Made by a program: the position numbers and the translations under genes | The notes under the pieces: model-generated | What the model was told of the DNA's origin: nothing | Databases searched by the model: none | What the model saw: only the letters and a program-made list of their open reading frames with translations | Shown here: positions 56,601 to 64,000 of the stretch, one piece after another | How the letters are laid out: every line of letters begins with the position of its first letter | Numbering within the stretch: the stretch's first letter is position 1 | Assembly (NCBI GenBank): GCA_002315855.1 | Contig: DCIG01000084.1 | Coordinates: forward strand, 43,390 to 107,389 | DNA length: 64,000 nucleotides | Direction: 5' to 3' | Origin: Lentisphaeria bacterium UBA1732 | Lineage (GTDB): Bacteria; Verrucomicrobiota; Lentisphaeria; Victivallales; UBA1829

Positions 56601-59600
56601 AACCTGAAACCTGCACTGGTACTTATCCGCTGGTGATTTCCGGTTTTGAAAAGAGCGGAAACCTCTTCAGCGAACTGCCTGTCGAAATCACCTCCGACAA
56701 GAGCGAATATCTGCCGGGCGATGAGGCGGAAATCCTCGTCAATACGAAGAAACCGGGGTACTCTCTGTATTTCTTCGCACGCAGTGAACGCGTTTCAAAC
56801 TGGGAATTTGTCCGCGCCGAAGGTTCTTCCACTGTCTTTAAAATGAAAATCGACACGGATGATCGCCCGAATACTTATGTGAGCGTACTGGCTGTGGGCA
56901 ACGGCGAAATCCTGCGCCTGAGCAAGATGCTGGCTGTGCCTCCTGTTACAAAAATGCTGAACGTGGCAATCGAAGGCCCGAAGACGAATGTCAAACCGGG
57001 AGCCGATGTCCCTGTTACAGTGCGCGTGACGGACAGCAGCGGCAAGCCGGTTTCCGGGGCCATGACCATGACGGTTTACGACAAGTCTTTGGATGCCGTC
57101 GCATCCAGCCGCATCCCCGAAATCAACTCGTTCTTCTGGAACTGGAAGCGTTACCAGAGTGAGAATTACAGCTCGAATCTGGATAAATCCACCAGGTGTA
57201 TGGTGTTTCGGCAGTCGCAATGGCAGCTGTGCATGAATACGTACCTCCAATATTATTTCCCGCTCGAACGCGACAGAGACACTCTCTTTCAGCAAAGTGT
57301 CGGAATGGTTCGCAGAGAGCGCGTGAAAACTCGTTCTGCATCCAATGGCGTCATGATGAAATCCATGGCGGCGGATGCTGATATGGCGATGGAAGAATCC
57401 ATGCCGATGGCGGGTATGGGCGGGTTTGGCGGCGCTGCTCTCATGATGGATGAGGCCGCTCCTGCCCCTGCGGCGGCGAGAATGACCTTCGCCGCAAAGG
57501 AGATGGCATCGGATGATATGGCGGAGGCAGAAGAAGATATGTCGGCTTCTGCGGAAAAAAACGATGATTTCGTCCGCAGCAATTTCCTCGATTCCGCATT
57601 CTGGTCCGCCATGGTGAAACTGGATGCCGATGGTCGCGCCTCCTTCACAATCCCTGCTCCGGACAACCTGACGACTTGGAGAATCCGTGCATGGTCGTTG
57701 GCTCCGGATGCTTCCGTGGGAACTGCCGATGCTGAATTTACCGTCAGCAAAGATCTGATTGCCCGTCTGGAACTCCCGCGTTTCATGGTCAATGGCGACA
57801 AAGTCAGTGCGGTTGCCAATATCCACAATTATACCGGCAGGGAAATCAATGCTCAGGTCGCTCTCAAGACAGACAACTCCAATGTGGCCGTCGCCGTGCC
57901 CTCTGTATCCGTGAAAATTGCACCGAACAGTCATACCGCTTGCCCCTTTGAACTCACCTCAAAGGCCGTCGGAGAAACCACTTTCACTCTGACTGTGAAA
58001 GCCGGTGATGAGACCGATGCCCTGGAACTGAAGATGCCCGTCCTGGTCAAGGGCATTGACAAGCAGGTGAATGGTTTCGCACGTCTTGACAAGGATATTC
58101 ACGGCGCAGTCATCCCCCTGAAAGTCCCCGCACAGCGCAAGCCCGAAACCACGTTCCTGACCGTGAACGCCGCTCCCGGCGCGGCAAAAGCTATGGTGGA
58201 ACTCCTCCCGTATCTCGCCGCCGACGGAACTCCGAATGTGTTTGGCGTGGTCAATCGCTTCGTGCCTGCCACTGCAACCGCTTATGCCCTGTCCAAAATG
58301 GGGATCGACTTCAAAAAACTGAACCTGAAACCCACGAACCGCGACAAGCTGTATGCGGAATACATGGATCGCTACTGCTGGAACAACGAGCCCGTGCCGT
58401 CTTTCGAGGCCGCTCAATTCGCTAAAGTGAATGCTGACAGTCTGAAGATGATTCTGGGTATGGTCAATTCCGATGGCGGATGGGGCTGGTTCTCCGGCTA
58501 TCGCGAAGTTTCCTGGCCTGACACCACCGCATACGTGGTGAACGCTCTCATGGATGTGCAGGAATTTGGCGACGGCAGCGTGAAATCCGCAATCTCCGGC
58601 GGCGTGAAATGGCTGGAAAATGAAGCCGCCGAGCGCGTGGCAAAACTGAAAGACCATCCCGATTGGGGCGTCAGCAATACGGATGCTTTGGTCGCCCGCG
58701 TTCTGACCCGTGCCGGAAAACCGAACAAGGAGCTCCTGAATTTCCTGTACGATCAGAGAGTCGACCATCTTGCCCCATACGGACTCGCGATGCTTGCTCT
58801 CGCTCTCCCCGAAAAATCCGATGAACGTGCCATGGTGGTGCGCAACCTGACCCAGTTCCTGAAAGTAGACGATGAAAATCAGACCGCATATCTGAACATC
58901 CCCGCGTCGTTCTGCTGGTTCTGGTACGGCGAAGAAAACGAAACCAACGCCGCTTATCTCGACCTCCTGCTCGCCGACAATCCGGCTGACAAAGTCGCCC
59001 CGAAACTGGCTAATTATCTGGTCACCAACATCCGTAATTCGCCGTGGCGCAACAGCACCCGCGCAATCGGTGCCGTGGTCCGTTCTCTTGCCCGCTGCAT
59101 CGTCGCGACTGCCGAAAGCAAGCCCGATATGACCGTCCGCGTGATGCTGGACGGCAAGGAAGTGAAATCCTGGCGCATTACTTCGGACAATGTCTGGGAC
59201 GGCGAATTTGTCTTCTCTGCTGGCCCTGAAATCATGACCACAGGCGACCACGAACTGAAGCTCTCCATGGACGGCACGGGCGTTCTGTATGTGAACACCC
59301 GCCTGAACTACTTCACTATGGAAGACGTCATCGAACCTGCCGGCCTCGAAATGAAAATCAAGCGCAATTACTACCGCCTGACCCCGTCCACCGAAGATTA
59401 TCTGGCGGCGGGCGTGAGCGGAAGCGTCCAGCAGCTGAAGCGCGACAAATACAAACGCACTCTGCTGAAAGACGGCGATTTCCTGCGCGCCGGCGAACTT
59501 GTGGAAGTGGAACTGATTTCCACCGCCAAAAATGACTACGACTATGTGTGCTTTGCCGACAGTATGCCTGCCGGTTTCGAGTTCGTGGAGCCGGTCAGCG

Positions 59601-59818
59601 GCTATTCATGGCAGTGGGGTGCCCCGATTTATCGCGAATACCGCGAACGCGGCGCGAAGTTCTACCTGCGCAGCATGGCGCGCGGCGATACGAATGTATT
59701 CTATCAGATTCGCGCCCAGCTCAACGGACGTTTCACCTCGCTGCCCGCAATCGGAAGTGGTCTGTATGCGCCGGAACTGAAGTGCAATTCGACCCTGTTT
59801 ACATTTGAAATCAGGTAA
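53699..59818 (+). CDS. Alpha-2-macroglobulin family protein, very large, without a CxEQ thioester motif
   Basis: 2039 aa. Signal/lipobox-like start (MLIFAGCAAV). MG-domain-like repeats. GGWGWFSG alpha/alpha-toroid region. No C-x-E-Q anywhere in the translation. Confidence 0.88.
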   Translation: MLFQRLVKSAAMLIFAGCAAVTVFAQGGSFDVKSETKAVQKLVGDGNFAEAFTKAKKALETLPENAHDKEVADLWNYLVISLENNNRIAEYDENFAFATKKFKNNLNFLCTLSPEDSWGYMIDGKFRRGNNRGNGGRYVSCEYRDRVEILRLLVAAVPAAEKAEDALAVKFYLRLANFLIQDASSSMTSWKLQALTDLTKLPDYDEHPVRSSSRPPVNPDGSPVLYAKPADFSSAGSDGERIRWAWEAAMARGSKEAKIAFATFLAKQFDFSQVDYGLREEYFQSDTYRDYLYGLKDNETVAQLSDGTRKITLPEEYNYFRLFSEAEDWRSLMSLYLARYQYEKAAYYADKAKDAEMKAMIEGNVGFADYIQVTAFGKKPVLTYHYRNSKEVVASVHKVNSAEAVRVMLDNLSKPDSGSSGNFTDVYQLYLHDWDGQLAKNNKWKVAIEDKVTEFKVALKPKAHHWETDQEIELPLTEPGAYLVNLAPENAVDGSFTEILVWITPQILTANSLPDKTIFTVNDSSTGMPLAKRTLKYYNFVTRYANTPQERTQFGGRTKVTVTEKEFVTDANGVADAGKLSSSNRTLILLESEDKLAVIPSAYFYNNRAGSMRDNQKVFIIPDRPAYRPGDTVKFAVYSRTPSYKEPFKETHLLPNPVKVIVTDARGSKVCEEKLTVDAETNSTKGEFTLPEDITLGNVNLHLEGQPGSIGIAVEEYKKPEYLLSVKMPEMQVKSGGMFEAEIEAKYYFGAPMSGAKIKYKVYREQTNRVYPFYGRFDWLFGAGYWICSTGMRDRCLPEAGFGRDLVVSDEGDADENGRLTVPIDTADALRRFGEHDYRYSIEAEVTDETNRVVKGSGSIITASQPFYVEMSAKCGFGHTGKPVTIVTKAVTPDGKPVQGRGKLKIYGKALNAQGVPERVGEPLKTVDVVAGDENGISFVMDRPGVYEIVTEITSQPKIDPKKAAVPKPETCTGTYPLVISGFEKSGNLFSELPVEITSDKSEYLPGDEAEILVNTKKPGYSLYFFARSERVSNWEFVRAEGSSTVFKMKIDTDDRPNTYVSVLAVGNGEILRLSKMLAVPPVTKMLNVAIEGPKTNVKPGADVPVTVRVTDSSGKPVSGAMTMTVYDKSLDAVASSRIPEINSFFWNWKRYQSENYSSNLDKSTRCMVFRQSQWQLCMNTYLQYYFPLERDRDTLFQQSVGMVRRERVKTRSASNGVMMKSMAADADMAMEESMPMAGMGGFGGAALMMDEAAPAPAAARMTFAAKEMASDDMAEAEEDMSASAEKNDDFVRSNFLDSAFWSAMVKLDADGRASFTIPAPDNLTTWRIRAWSLAPDASVGTADAEFTVSKDLIARLELPRFMVNGDKVSAVANIHNYTGREINAQVALKTDNSNVAVAVPSVSVKIAPNSHTACPFELTSKAVGETTFTLTVKAGDETDALELKMPVLVKGIDKQVNGFARLDKDIHGAVIPLKVPAQRKPETTFLTVNAAPGAAKAMVELLPYLAADGTPNVFGVVNRFVPATATAYALSKMGIDFKKLNLKPTNRDKLYAEYMDRYCWNNEPVPSFEAAQFAKVNADSLKMILGMVNSDGGWGWFSGYREVSWPDTTAYVVNALMDVQEFGDGSVKSAISGGVKWLENEAAERVAKLKDHPDWGVSNTDALVARVLTRAGKPNKELLNFLYDQRVDHLAPYGLAMLALALPEKSDERAMVVRNLTQFLKVDDENQTAYLNIPASFCWFWYGEENETNAAYLDLLLADNPADKVAPKLANYLVTNIRNSPWRNSTRAIGAVVRSLARCIVATAESKPDMTVRVMLDGKEVKSWRITSDNVWDGEFVFSAGPEIMTTGDHELKLSMDGTGVLYVNTRLNYFTMEDVIEPAGLEMKIKRNYYRLTPSTEDYLAAGVSGSVQQLKRDKYKRTLLKDGDFLRAGELVEVELISTAKNDYDYVCFADSMPAGFEFVEPVSGYSWQWGAPIYREYRERGAKFYLRSMARGDTNVFYQIRAQLNGRFTSLPAIGSGLYAPELKCNSTLFTFEIR

Positions 59819-59871
59819 GCAGCCCTCAAAAAAACGGGCGTCTCGTTCCATGAGATGCCCCGAATAATAAA

Positions 59872-59918
59872 ATCACCGGGAACGGCCTCGATTCAAGGCT
59901 GCTTCCGGTGATTTTTTG
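59872..59918. terminator. Bidirectional terminator after the macroglobulin gene
   Basis: AAA-ATCACCGG...CCGGTGAT-TTTTTT. A second hairpin, GGGCGTCTC/GAGATGCCC, lies at 59836-59860. Confidence 0.7.
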
Positions 59919-59936
59919 ATTGCGGAAAACGAAGTT

Positions 59937-60275
59937 TTATTTCGTGGAGAACACGCTGGAATTTGGTCGCGCGGAAGCGTTCCCCGGATGACTTTTCAAG
60001 TCTGCGTATGCCCCGTGATAATAGACCCACATCAGCACCGCGACATACGAAAACAGCAGAATGACCGCCGGAATCGAATTCGGATCGAGTTTGCACAGTG
60101 CCGACATGATCCCGAAGATGACGAGCAGTCCGCCGAACGGTGCCGTCATGTACAGCCAGCTTTTGCGATGGGCGAAATTCAGCGTTACGCCCAGCCATTT
60201 CTGCGTTTCGTGCTTGTAAACGAATATGCGGGGATCGTCTGGATTTTTGTAGAGACCGAAAATGACGGATGACAT
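59937..60275 (-). CDS. Small membrane protein, DUF5808-like
   Basis: NPDDPRIFVYKH...LGVTLNF motif plus two TM helices. Confidence 0.55.
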   Translation of the reverse strand: MSSVIFGLYKNPDDPRIFVYKHETQKWLGVTLNFAHRKSWLYMTAPFGGLLVIFGIMSALCKLDPNSIPAVILLFSYVAVLMWVYYHGAYADLKSHPGNASARPNSSVFSTK

Positions 60276-60442
60276 GATACATCTCCTTGTAAACTTTTGA
60301 AATAAGCTCCTATACTATAGCATGATACTCTCAAAATGCAAATTCCCGCATGAAATATGGGGCTTTTTCAAAAGCTTTACTGGAAATTTCAGATTTTTGT
60401 GCTACATTAAAAAATGCAGTTTATTTCTGACTGAATAAGCGC

Positions 60443-60516
60443 ATCCCTGTGGTGTAACGGTAGCACAAGTGGTTTTGGTCCACTTAGTTCAAGTTCGAAT
60501 CTTGGCGGGGATGCCA
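60443..60516 (+). tRNA. tRNA-Gln (anticodon UUG), CCA encoded
   Basis: Hand-folded cloverleaf, 74 nt. Acceptor ATCCCTG/CGGGGAT. D stem GTGT/GCAC. Anticodon stem AGTGG/CCACT with loop TTTTGGT. T arm TCAAG-TTCGAAT-CTTGG. Discriminator G. Confidence 0.9.
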
Positions 60517-60567
60517 TTTTTTTGTCTCTTTTTTTTGAAAAATTCGGGGGAAACAATCCGCTCCCCC

Positions 60568-62439
60568 TCATTCCTTTCGCAGTTTGAGCGTGATGACTGC
60601 TTCCGCTCCCAATGTTTCCCCGTTGATGAGGGTGCGTTCATAGTTGCGGTACGGATCGACCGCAAGCTGCGGCAAATCGTTTTGTGAGCTTGCTCCGGGG
60701 AATGTCAGGCGGAATGTGAAGTCCGCAGGAACCTCCATCGGACCGATTCCCGCGTTGATGGTGGCGACTTCGCCGGGAGTCAGAGTGCGGGGCGCATCTA
60801 TCACAACGGGGAATGTCTTGCCGTTGCATTGAACAAGAAAATTGTAGGACTTTGCGCAGACGAAAGTCAGTTGCAGCACTGCGTTTTGATACGTCTCTGC
60901 ACCGGGTATCATGCTCGTGTCGAACCGTTTGACGACCTCCGTGGCGGGCGTAATCGGGCAGCTCAGCCACGAGTTGTTGTAAAAGGGGCTGTTGTCGTGA
61001 ATCAGTGCCGTCCCTTCCTCCGTGAGCAGGCGCACCCCGTGCGGGCGTGCTTTCCGCATTAGCGGTGATTCGTAAATGGGGCGGTAGATGCCGAAGAAGA
61101 AATTCACGGCAAGAACCCCCGCGAGAACAGGGAGCAGAATGCGGCGCAGGACTGTCCTCACATCGAATTTGCGGAGCTGGAAAACGGATGCCGTGAAAAT
61201 CCCGCCGCCCACGCAGAAAAGCCCGATGGCGGGGACGCGGAATCGTGCCAGAATGTAAAATGCCGCCGTCGCCGGTGCGTACAGGCAGATCATGGCGTGG
61301 AGGATTTGTTCGCCTGTATGGTGTCTGCGGCGCATGAGAAACAGCACGAATCCTGCGGCGCAGAACGCAATCAGAATCCCCGTCGGAATAATTCCGCAGG
61401 TATGGAAAATTCGGCTGGATACTGCGTTGTATTCCGGATTTACGTTGTTGTACAGTTCGGTGCGGTCGAAGAACAGAAGCACCTTTTCCGCCTGATGAAT
61501 CAGGAATGCCGCCGGCTCTTCGCAGAACCACTGAAGTATCCTCTGCGGGATGGAACACGTCTCCTGATGATTCATCCATTCCTCATAGGTGGGCGGGTAG
61601 GGGATGACGAGCGAGCCGGGCGCGGCTTCCGGATTGTTGCCGATGGTCAGCACTGCCGGCCCTGCGGTGGAGGGCCCGGAGAGCGAGCCTGTCTGAATGG
61701 TGTTGTAGACCGCGAACGGCATTTGCGGAAGAATGACCGCCGCGGCGAAGACCGCGAGCGTGATGACTCGTTTTTTCCATGGCGTATGGTATTTGACCGA
61801 AACCCGGTGAAACGCATAGAGCATGACCGGCAGGAAGCACCACGCATTTCCGCGTGAAAGAATGGCGAAGGATAAAATCAGCCCCGATGCCGTGGCGAAT
61901 TTCATCTTTCCCGTGCCGGAATAGCGGAGCAGCAGGTACAGGAGCAGGGTGAACCAGAGACACTGCTGAATTTCAATCAGCGCGTATGGCACGTAGAAAA
62001 AGAGGAGCTGGGAGAATGTGCAGAGCAGGGCCGTCATCAGTCCTGCGGCGCGGGAATGCAGCAGTGCGGCGGATAGCCCCGCAAACCACACAATCAGTGC
62101 CGCGCAGATGGATTGCGACAGCCCGATGCTCACGAAATCGCTCTGAAAAATGAGTTTCGCAAGCGGAAGAAAGACCGCGTAATAGAACGGCTGATATTCG
62201 AACTCCGGCGGAAGCTCCCCGTGCAGAATTTGGTCGGAAAGTGTCTGATAGGTCGCCATGTCCGTGATGGCGGACGGCGCGCAGACGAAAGAATCGGTCT
62301 TCATCACCTCCGCAAACATGATGATGCGGAGAATCAGGGCTGTCAGGGCGCACAGCCCCGATAGTCGGAGAAATCTGCGTGTGCTCATCAGCAGACTGCC
62401 GGAAAAAGATTTGTTCATGCGTGCGGGGCGGTCGGTCAT
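60568..62439 (-). CDS. Large polytopic membrane protein (possible GT-C-type glycosyltransferase) with a beta-rich C-terminal domain
   Basis: 623 aa, at least 12 hydrophobic helices. Its start overlaps the ispD stop (ATGA on the minus strand). Confidence 0.7.
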   Translation of the reverse strand: MTDRPARMNKSFSGSLLMSTRRFLRLSGLCALTALILRIIMFAEVMKTDSFVCAPSAITDMATYQTLSDQILHGELPPEFEYQPFYYAVFLPLAKLIFQSDFVSIGLSQSICAALIVWFAGLSAALLHSRAAGLMTALLCTFSQLLFFYVPYALIEIQQCLWFTLLLYLLLRYSGTGKMKFATASGLILSFAILSRGNAWCFLPVMLYAFHRVSVKYHTPWKKRVITLAVFAAAVILPQMPFAVYNTIQTGSLSGPSTAGPAVLTIGNNPEAAPGSLVIPYPPTYEEWMNHQETCSIPQRILQWFCEEPAAFLIHQAEKVLLFFDRTELYNNVNPEYNAVSSRIFHTCGIIPTGILIAFCAAGFVLFLMRRRHHTGEQILHAMICLYAPATAAFYILARFRVPAIGLFCVGGGIFTASVFQLRKFDVRTVLRRILLPVLAGVLAVNFFFGIYRPIYESPLMRKARPHGVRLLTEEGTALIHDNSPFYNNSWLSCPITPATEVVKRFDTSMIPGAETYQNAVLQLTFVCAKSYNFLVQCNGKTFPVVIDAPRTLTPGEVATINAGIGPMEVPADFTFRLTFPGASSQNDLPQLAVDPYRNYERTLINGETLGAEAVITLKLRKE

Positions 62440-63176
62440 AATTCAGCGGGGGATTGACCGGATGTTTCCAGTATGCGTTCGCAGAACTCCAAATCGTCCC
62501 GGTAGGTGATTTTCAGGTTGCATCCGGTATGCTCCACCGCCTCCGTTTTCATGGGCGCGTATACTTCCATGACCTGTGCATCGTCGGTGAAGGATTGTCC
62601 GCTTTGCTGTGCTTGGCGTGTGGCTTCCAGCAGGGCGCGGTACGGGAAAATCTGCGGCGTTTCGGCGATGCGGAGTGTGTCGCGGGGTATGGTTTCGCCG
62701 ATGGTTCCGTCGGGCGTGAGCCGCTTGACGGTTTCCGTAACTTTGCGGCAGAGCATGGCTGCCCCCGTGCTGTGCGCGGCTTCAATGACGCGGCGGAGCT
62801 GTTCCTGCGTGAGAAGCGGCCGCCCCGCATCGTGAACTGCGGCGTAGGCGCAGCCTGTTCCCAGTCCCGCTTCCAGTGCGTTCAGGACGGATTCCGTGCG
62901 GGTGCTCCCCCCGTGTGTGAATTTCAGCGGAATATCGGCGAGATATTGGGCGGCGAGTGCGCGGAATTGTGCCTCCTGAGTGGCTGGCACCGACAATAGG
63001 ATATGCCCCGGCGTCAGAACCGTGGAAGCGGTGCGGACCGCGTGGGCGAAGACCGGGATGCCTTGGAGCAGGGCGAAAAGTTTGCTCCCCCCTCCGAATC
63101 GTGTGGACGATCCGCCTGCCGCGAGGATGAGAAGTGTGTCGGAAATCTTGTTCATAATCTGTGGCGTTGATTCCAA
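62436..63176 (-). CDS. ispD: 2-C-methyl-D-erythritol 4-phosphate cytidylyltransferase
   Basis: LILAAGGSSTRFGG...KLF N-terminus. C-terminal FTDDAQVME...N.KITYRDDL. Confidence 0.9.
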   Translation of the reverse strand: MESTPQIMNKISDTLLILAAGGSSTRFGGGSKLFALLQGIPVFAHAVRTASTVLTPGHILLSVPATQEAQFRALAAQYLADIPLKFTHGGSTRTESVLNALEAGLGTGCAYAAVHDAGRPLLTQEQLRRVIEAAHSTGAAMLCRKVTETVKRLTPDGTIGETIPRDTLRIAETPQIFPYRALLEATRQAQQSGQSFTDDAQVMEVYAPMKTEAVEHTGCNLKITYRDDLEFCERILETSGQSPAEL

Positions 63177-63250
63177 ATGTCATGGACGCAGAACATTTTG
63201 TTTTCACAACTGTCCGGTAAAATTACTGGACAGTTGTGGAATGATCTGTT

Positions 63251-64000
63251 TCATTTTTTTTCATTCCCCTTGAAATAGACCTTGACCCAAGTTGCTAAAG
63301 TATAGTAAGTCCAAAGCTTCATATAGACTTCGGACATATTCTTTTTCGATTCAGACAGATTTTTATGGAATAAAGATAAATCTTGAACACCAGCAAACAG
63401 CAATTGTTCCTCCACCTCTTTCCAGTCTACCATATTACGCAGAAAATCATCAACGGGGAAACGGAATCCAGACTTGCGAACATAGTGATAACTGGTTCCC
63501 AGTTTCTGCTTCAACATATTGCAAAGTCTCCGCTTCCCGGCATTTCCCGGAGCGTCTATTTTTTGGAAGAAATAGTGTGCTATGTTTTTATCCAGAAGCG
63601 GAAATCTGCATCCGACAGAAGACGCGATTGCCATTTTGTCTCCGTATATATTGTTGTGGCTCGCTAAAAATCCGATGAAATCATAATAAAAGAATCTTTT
63701 CTTACCGGAAAGGCAATTTGTCAGCGACTGAACTTTCTGGCGATATAGATTGAACCACTCTCTACCGACTAAAGAATCAATTTCGGAATGAGAAAAATAA
63801 CCGAAAAGATTAAAATAATTTTCCACGTTTGTTGCGGACGCAAACTCATATAAACGCAAAAAAACACGTCGTTTTTTCCCATGCAAAAAACAGGAAAAAC
63901 AATATGGTATCCATGTGAGCAATTTTAGAAACTTCCAGTAACGCAACACCTTCGCTCTCGGATATCCAGCATCAATCTCATCGCCGCCCATTCCAGAAAA
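63251..64000 (-). CDS. Asparagine-synthase-family protein, C-terminal part (gene runs off the window edge)
   Basis: The frame stays open to position 64000 (..FSGMGGDEIDAGY, resembling the GEGADELFGGY motif). AT-rich. Confidence 0.7.
   Translation of the reverse strand, partial: FSGMGGDEIDAGYPRAKVLRYWKFLKLLTWIPYCFSCFLHGKKRRVFLRLYEFASATNVENYFNLFGYFSHSEIDSLVGREWFNLYRQKVQSLTNCLSGKKRFFYYDFIGFLASHNNIYGDKMAIASSVGCRFPLLDKNIAHYFFQKIDAPGNAGKRRLCNMLKQKLGTSYHYVRKSGFRFPVDDFLRNMVDWKEVEEQLLFAGVQDLSLFHKNLSESKKNMSEVYMKLWTYYTLATWVKVYFKGNEKK

Noticed and set aside
54116-59251. Very long minus-strand ORFs (325-430 aa) tiled antisense to the macroglobulin gene. Similar long antisense ORFs lie opposite ClC (34744-36132), rumA/murA (46864-48372), pcrA (48747-49742, 49929-50813) and lysS (51908-53056).
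   Set aside because: Their translations are low-complexity and Arg/Gly/His-rich with no motifs. Some span two real genes. The sense strand carries unambiguous family motifs in every case. I read them as a by-product of GC-rich codon usage that depletes stop codons on the antisense strand.
1-64000. Sigma-54 promoters (TGGCAC-N5-TTGC) that the NtrC-type regulator at 12099-13475 might control
   Set aside because: I scanned the intergenic regions by eye. I found only poor matches, such as TGGCATGAATATGAATGC at about 53070 and TGGGTGCTTTTTTTTGC at about 28876, both with wrong spacing. No credible -24/-12 element could be supported.

Overview
This 64-kb window looks like a chromosomal segment from a moderately GC-rich bacterium. 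By eye, core genes are above 50% GC; I computed no exact values. No rRNA, CRISPR array, integrase or transposase is visible.

The backbone is housekeeping:
- infB-rbfA-nrnA-like-truB
- an NtrB/NtrC-type two-component pair
- a three-gene ABC importer
- cimA, a DciA-like gene and birA
- ruvA, without ruvB
- a minimal mraZ-rsmH-ftsL-ftsI block
- nrdR coupled to a ClC/CBS channel
- a TPP riboswitch driving thiM-thiE
- murA, pcrA/uvrD, archaeal-type purO and lysS
- a 2039-aa alpha-2-macroglobulin-like protein
- tRNA-Gln(UUG) and ispD

Several short, visibly AT-rich islets carrying accessory genes interrupt this backbone:
- an AbiE-like toxin/antitoxin pair, whose nucleotidyltransferase toxin is broken by a 7-bp tandem duplication
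- an EcoRV-family restriction-modification pair
- a compact Septu-like ATPase + HNH pair

The less ordinary observations are:
- an nrdR / ClC-CBS / ATP-cone-protein operon
- intergenic inverted repeats sharing GCTGA-nn-TCAAA arms, including a 148-nt three-tier nested hairpin upstream of the macroglobulin gene
- a 46-bp tandem repeat after ruvA
- a long structured mraZ leader behind a near-consensus promoter
- a tail-anchored protein built from TI(K/Q)(L/I)KKP repeats
- a MurA with Asp in place of the fosfomycin-target Cys

The MurA-Asp variant, the reduced dcw block and the secreted ankyrin protein are compatible with a PVC-type lineage, but that is a weak inference. All family calls come from motif recognition by eye and memory, not from database searches.
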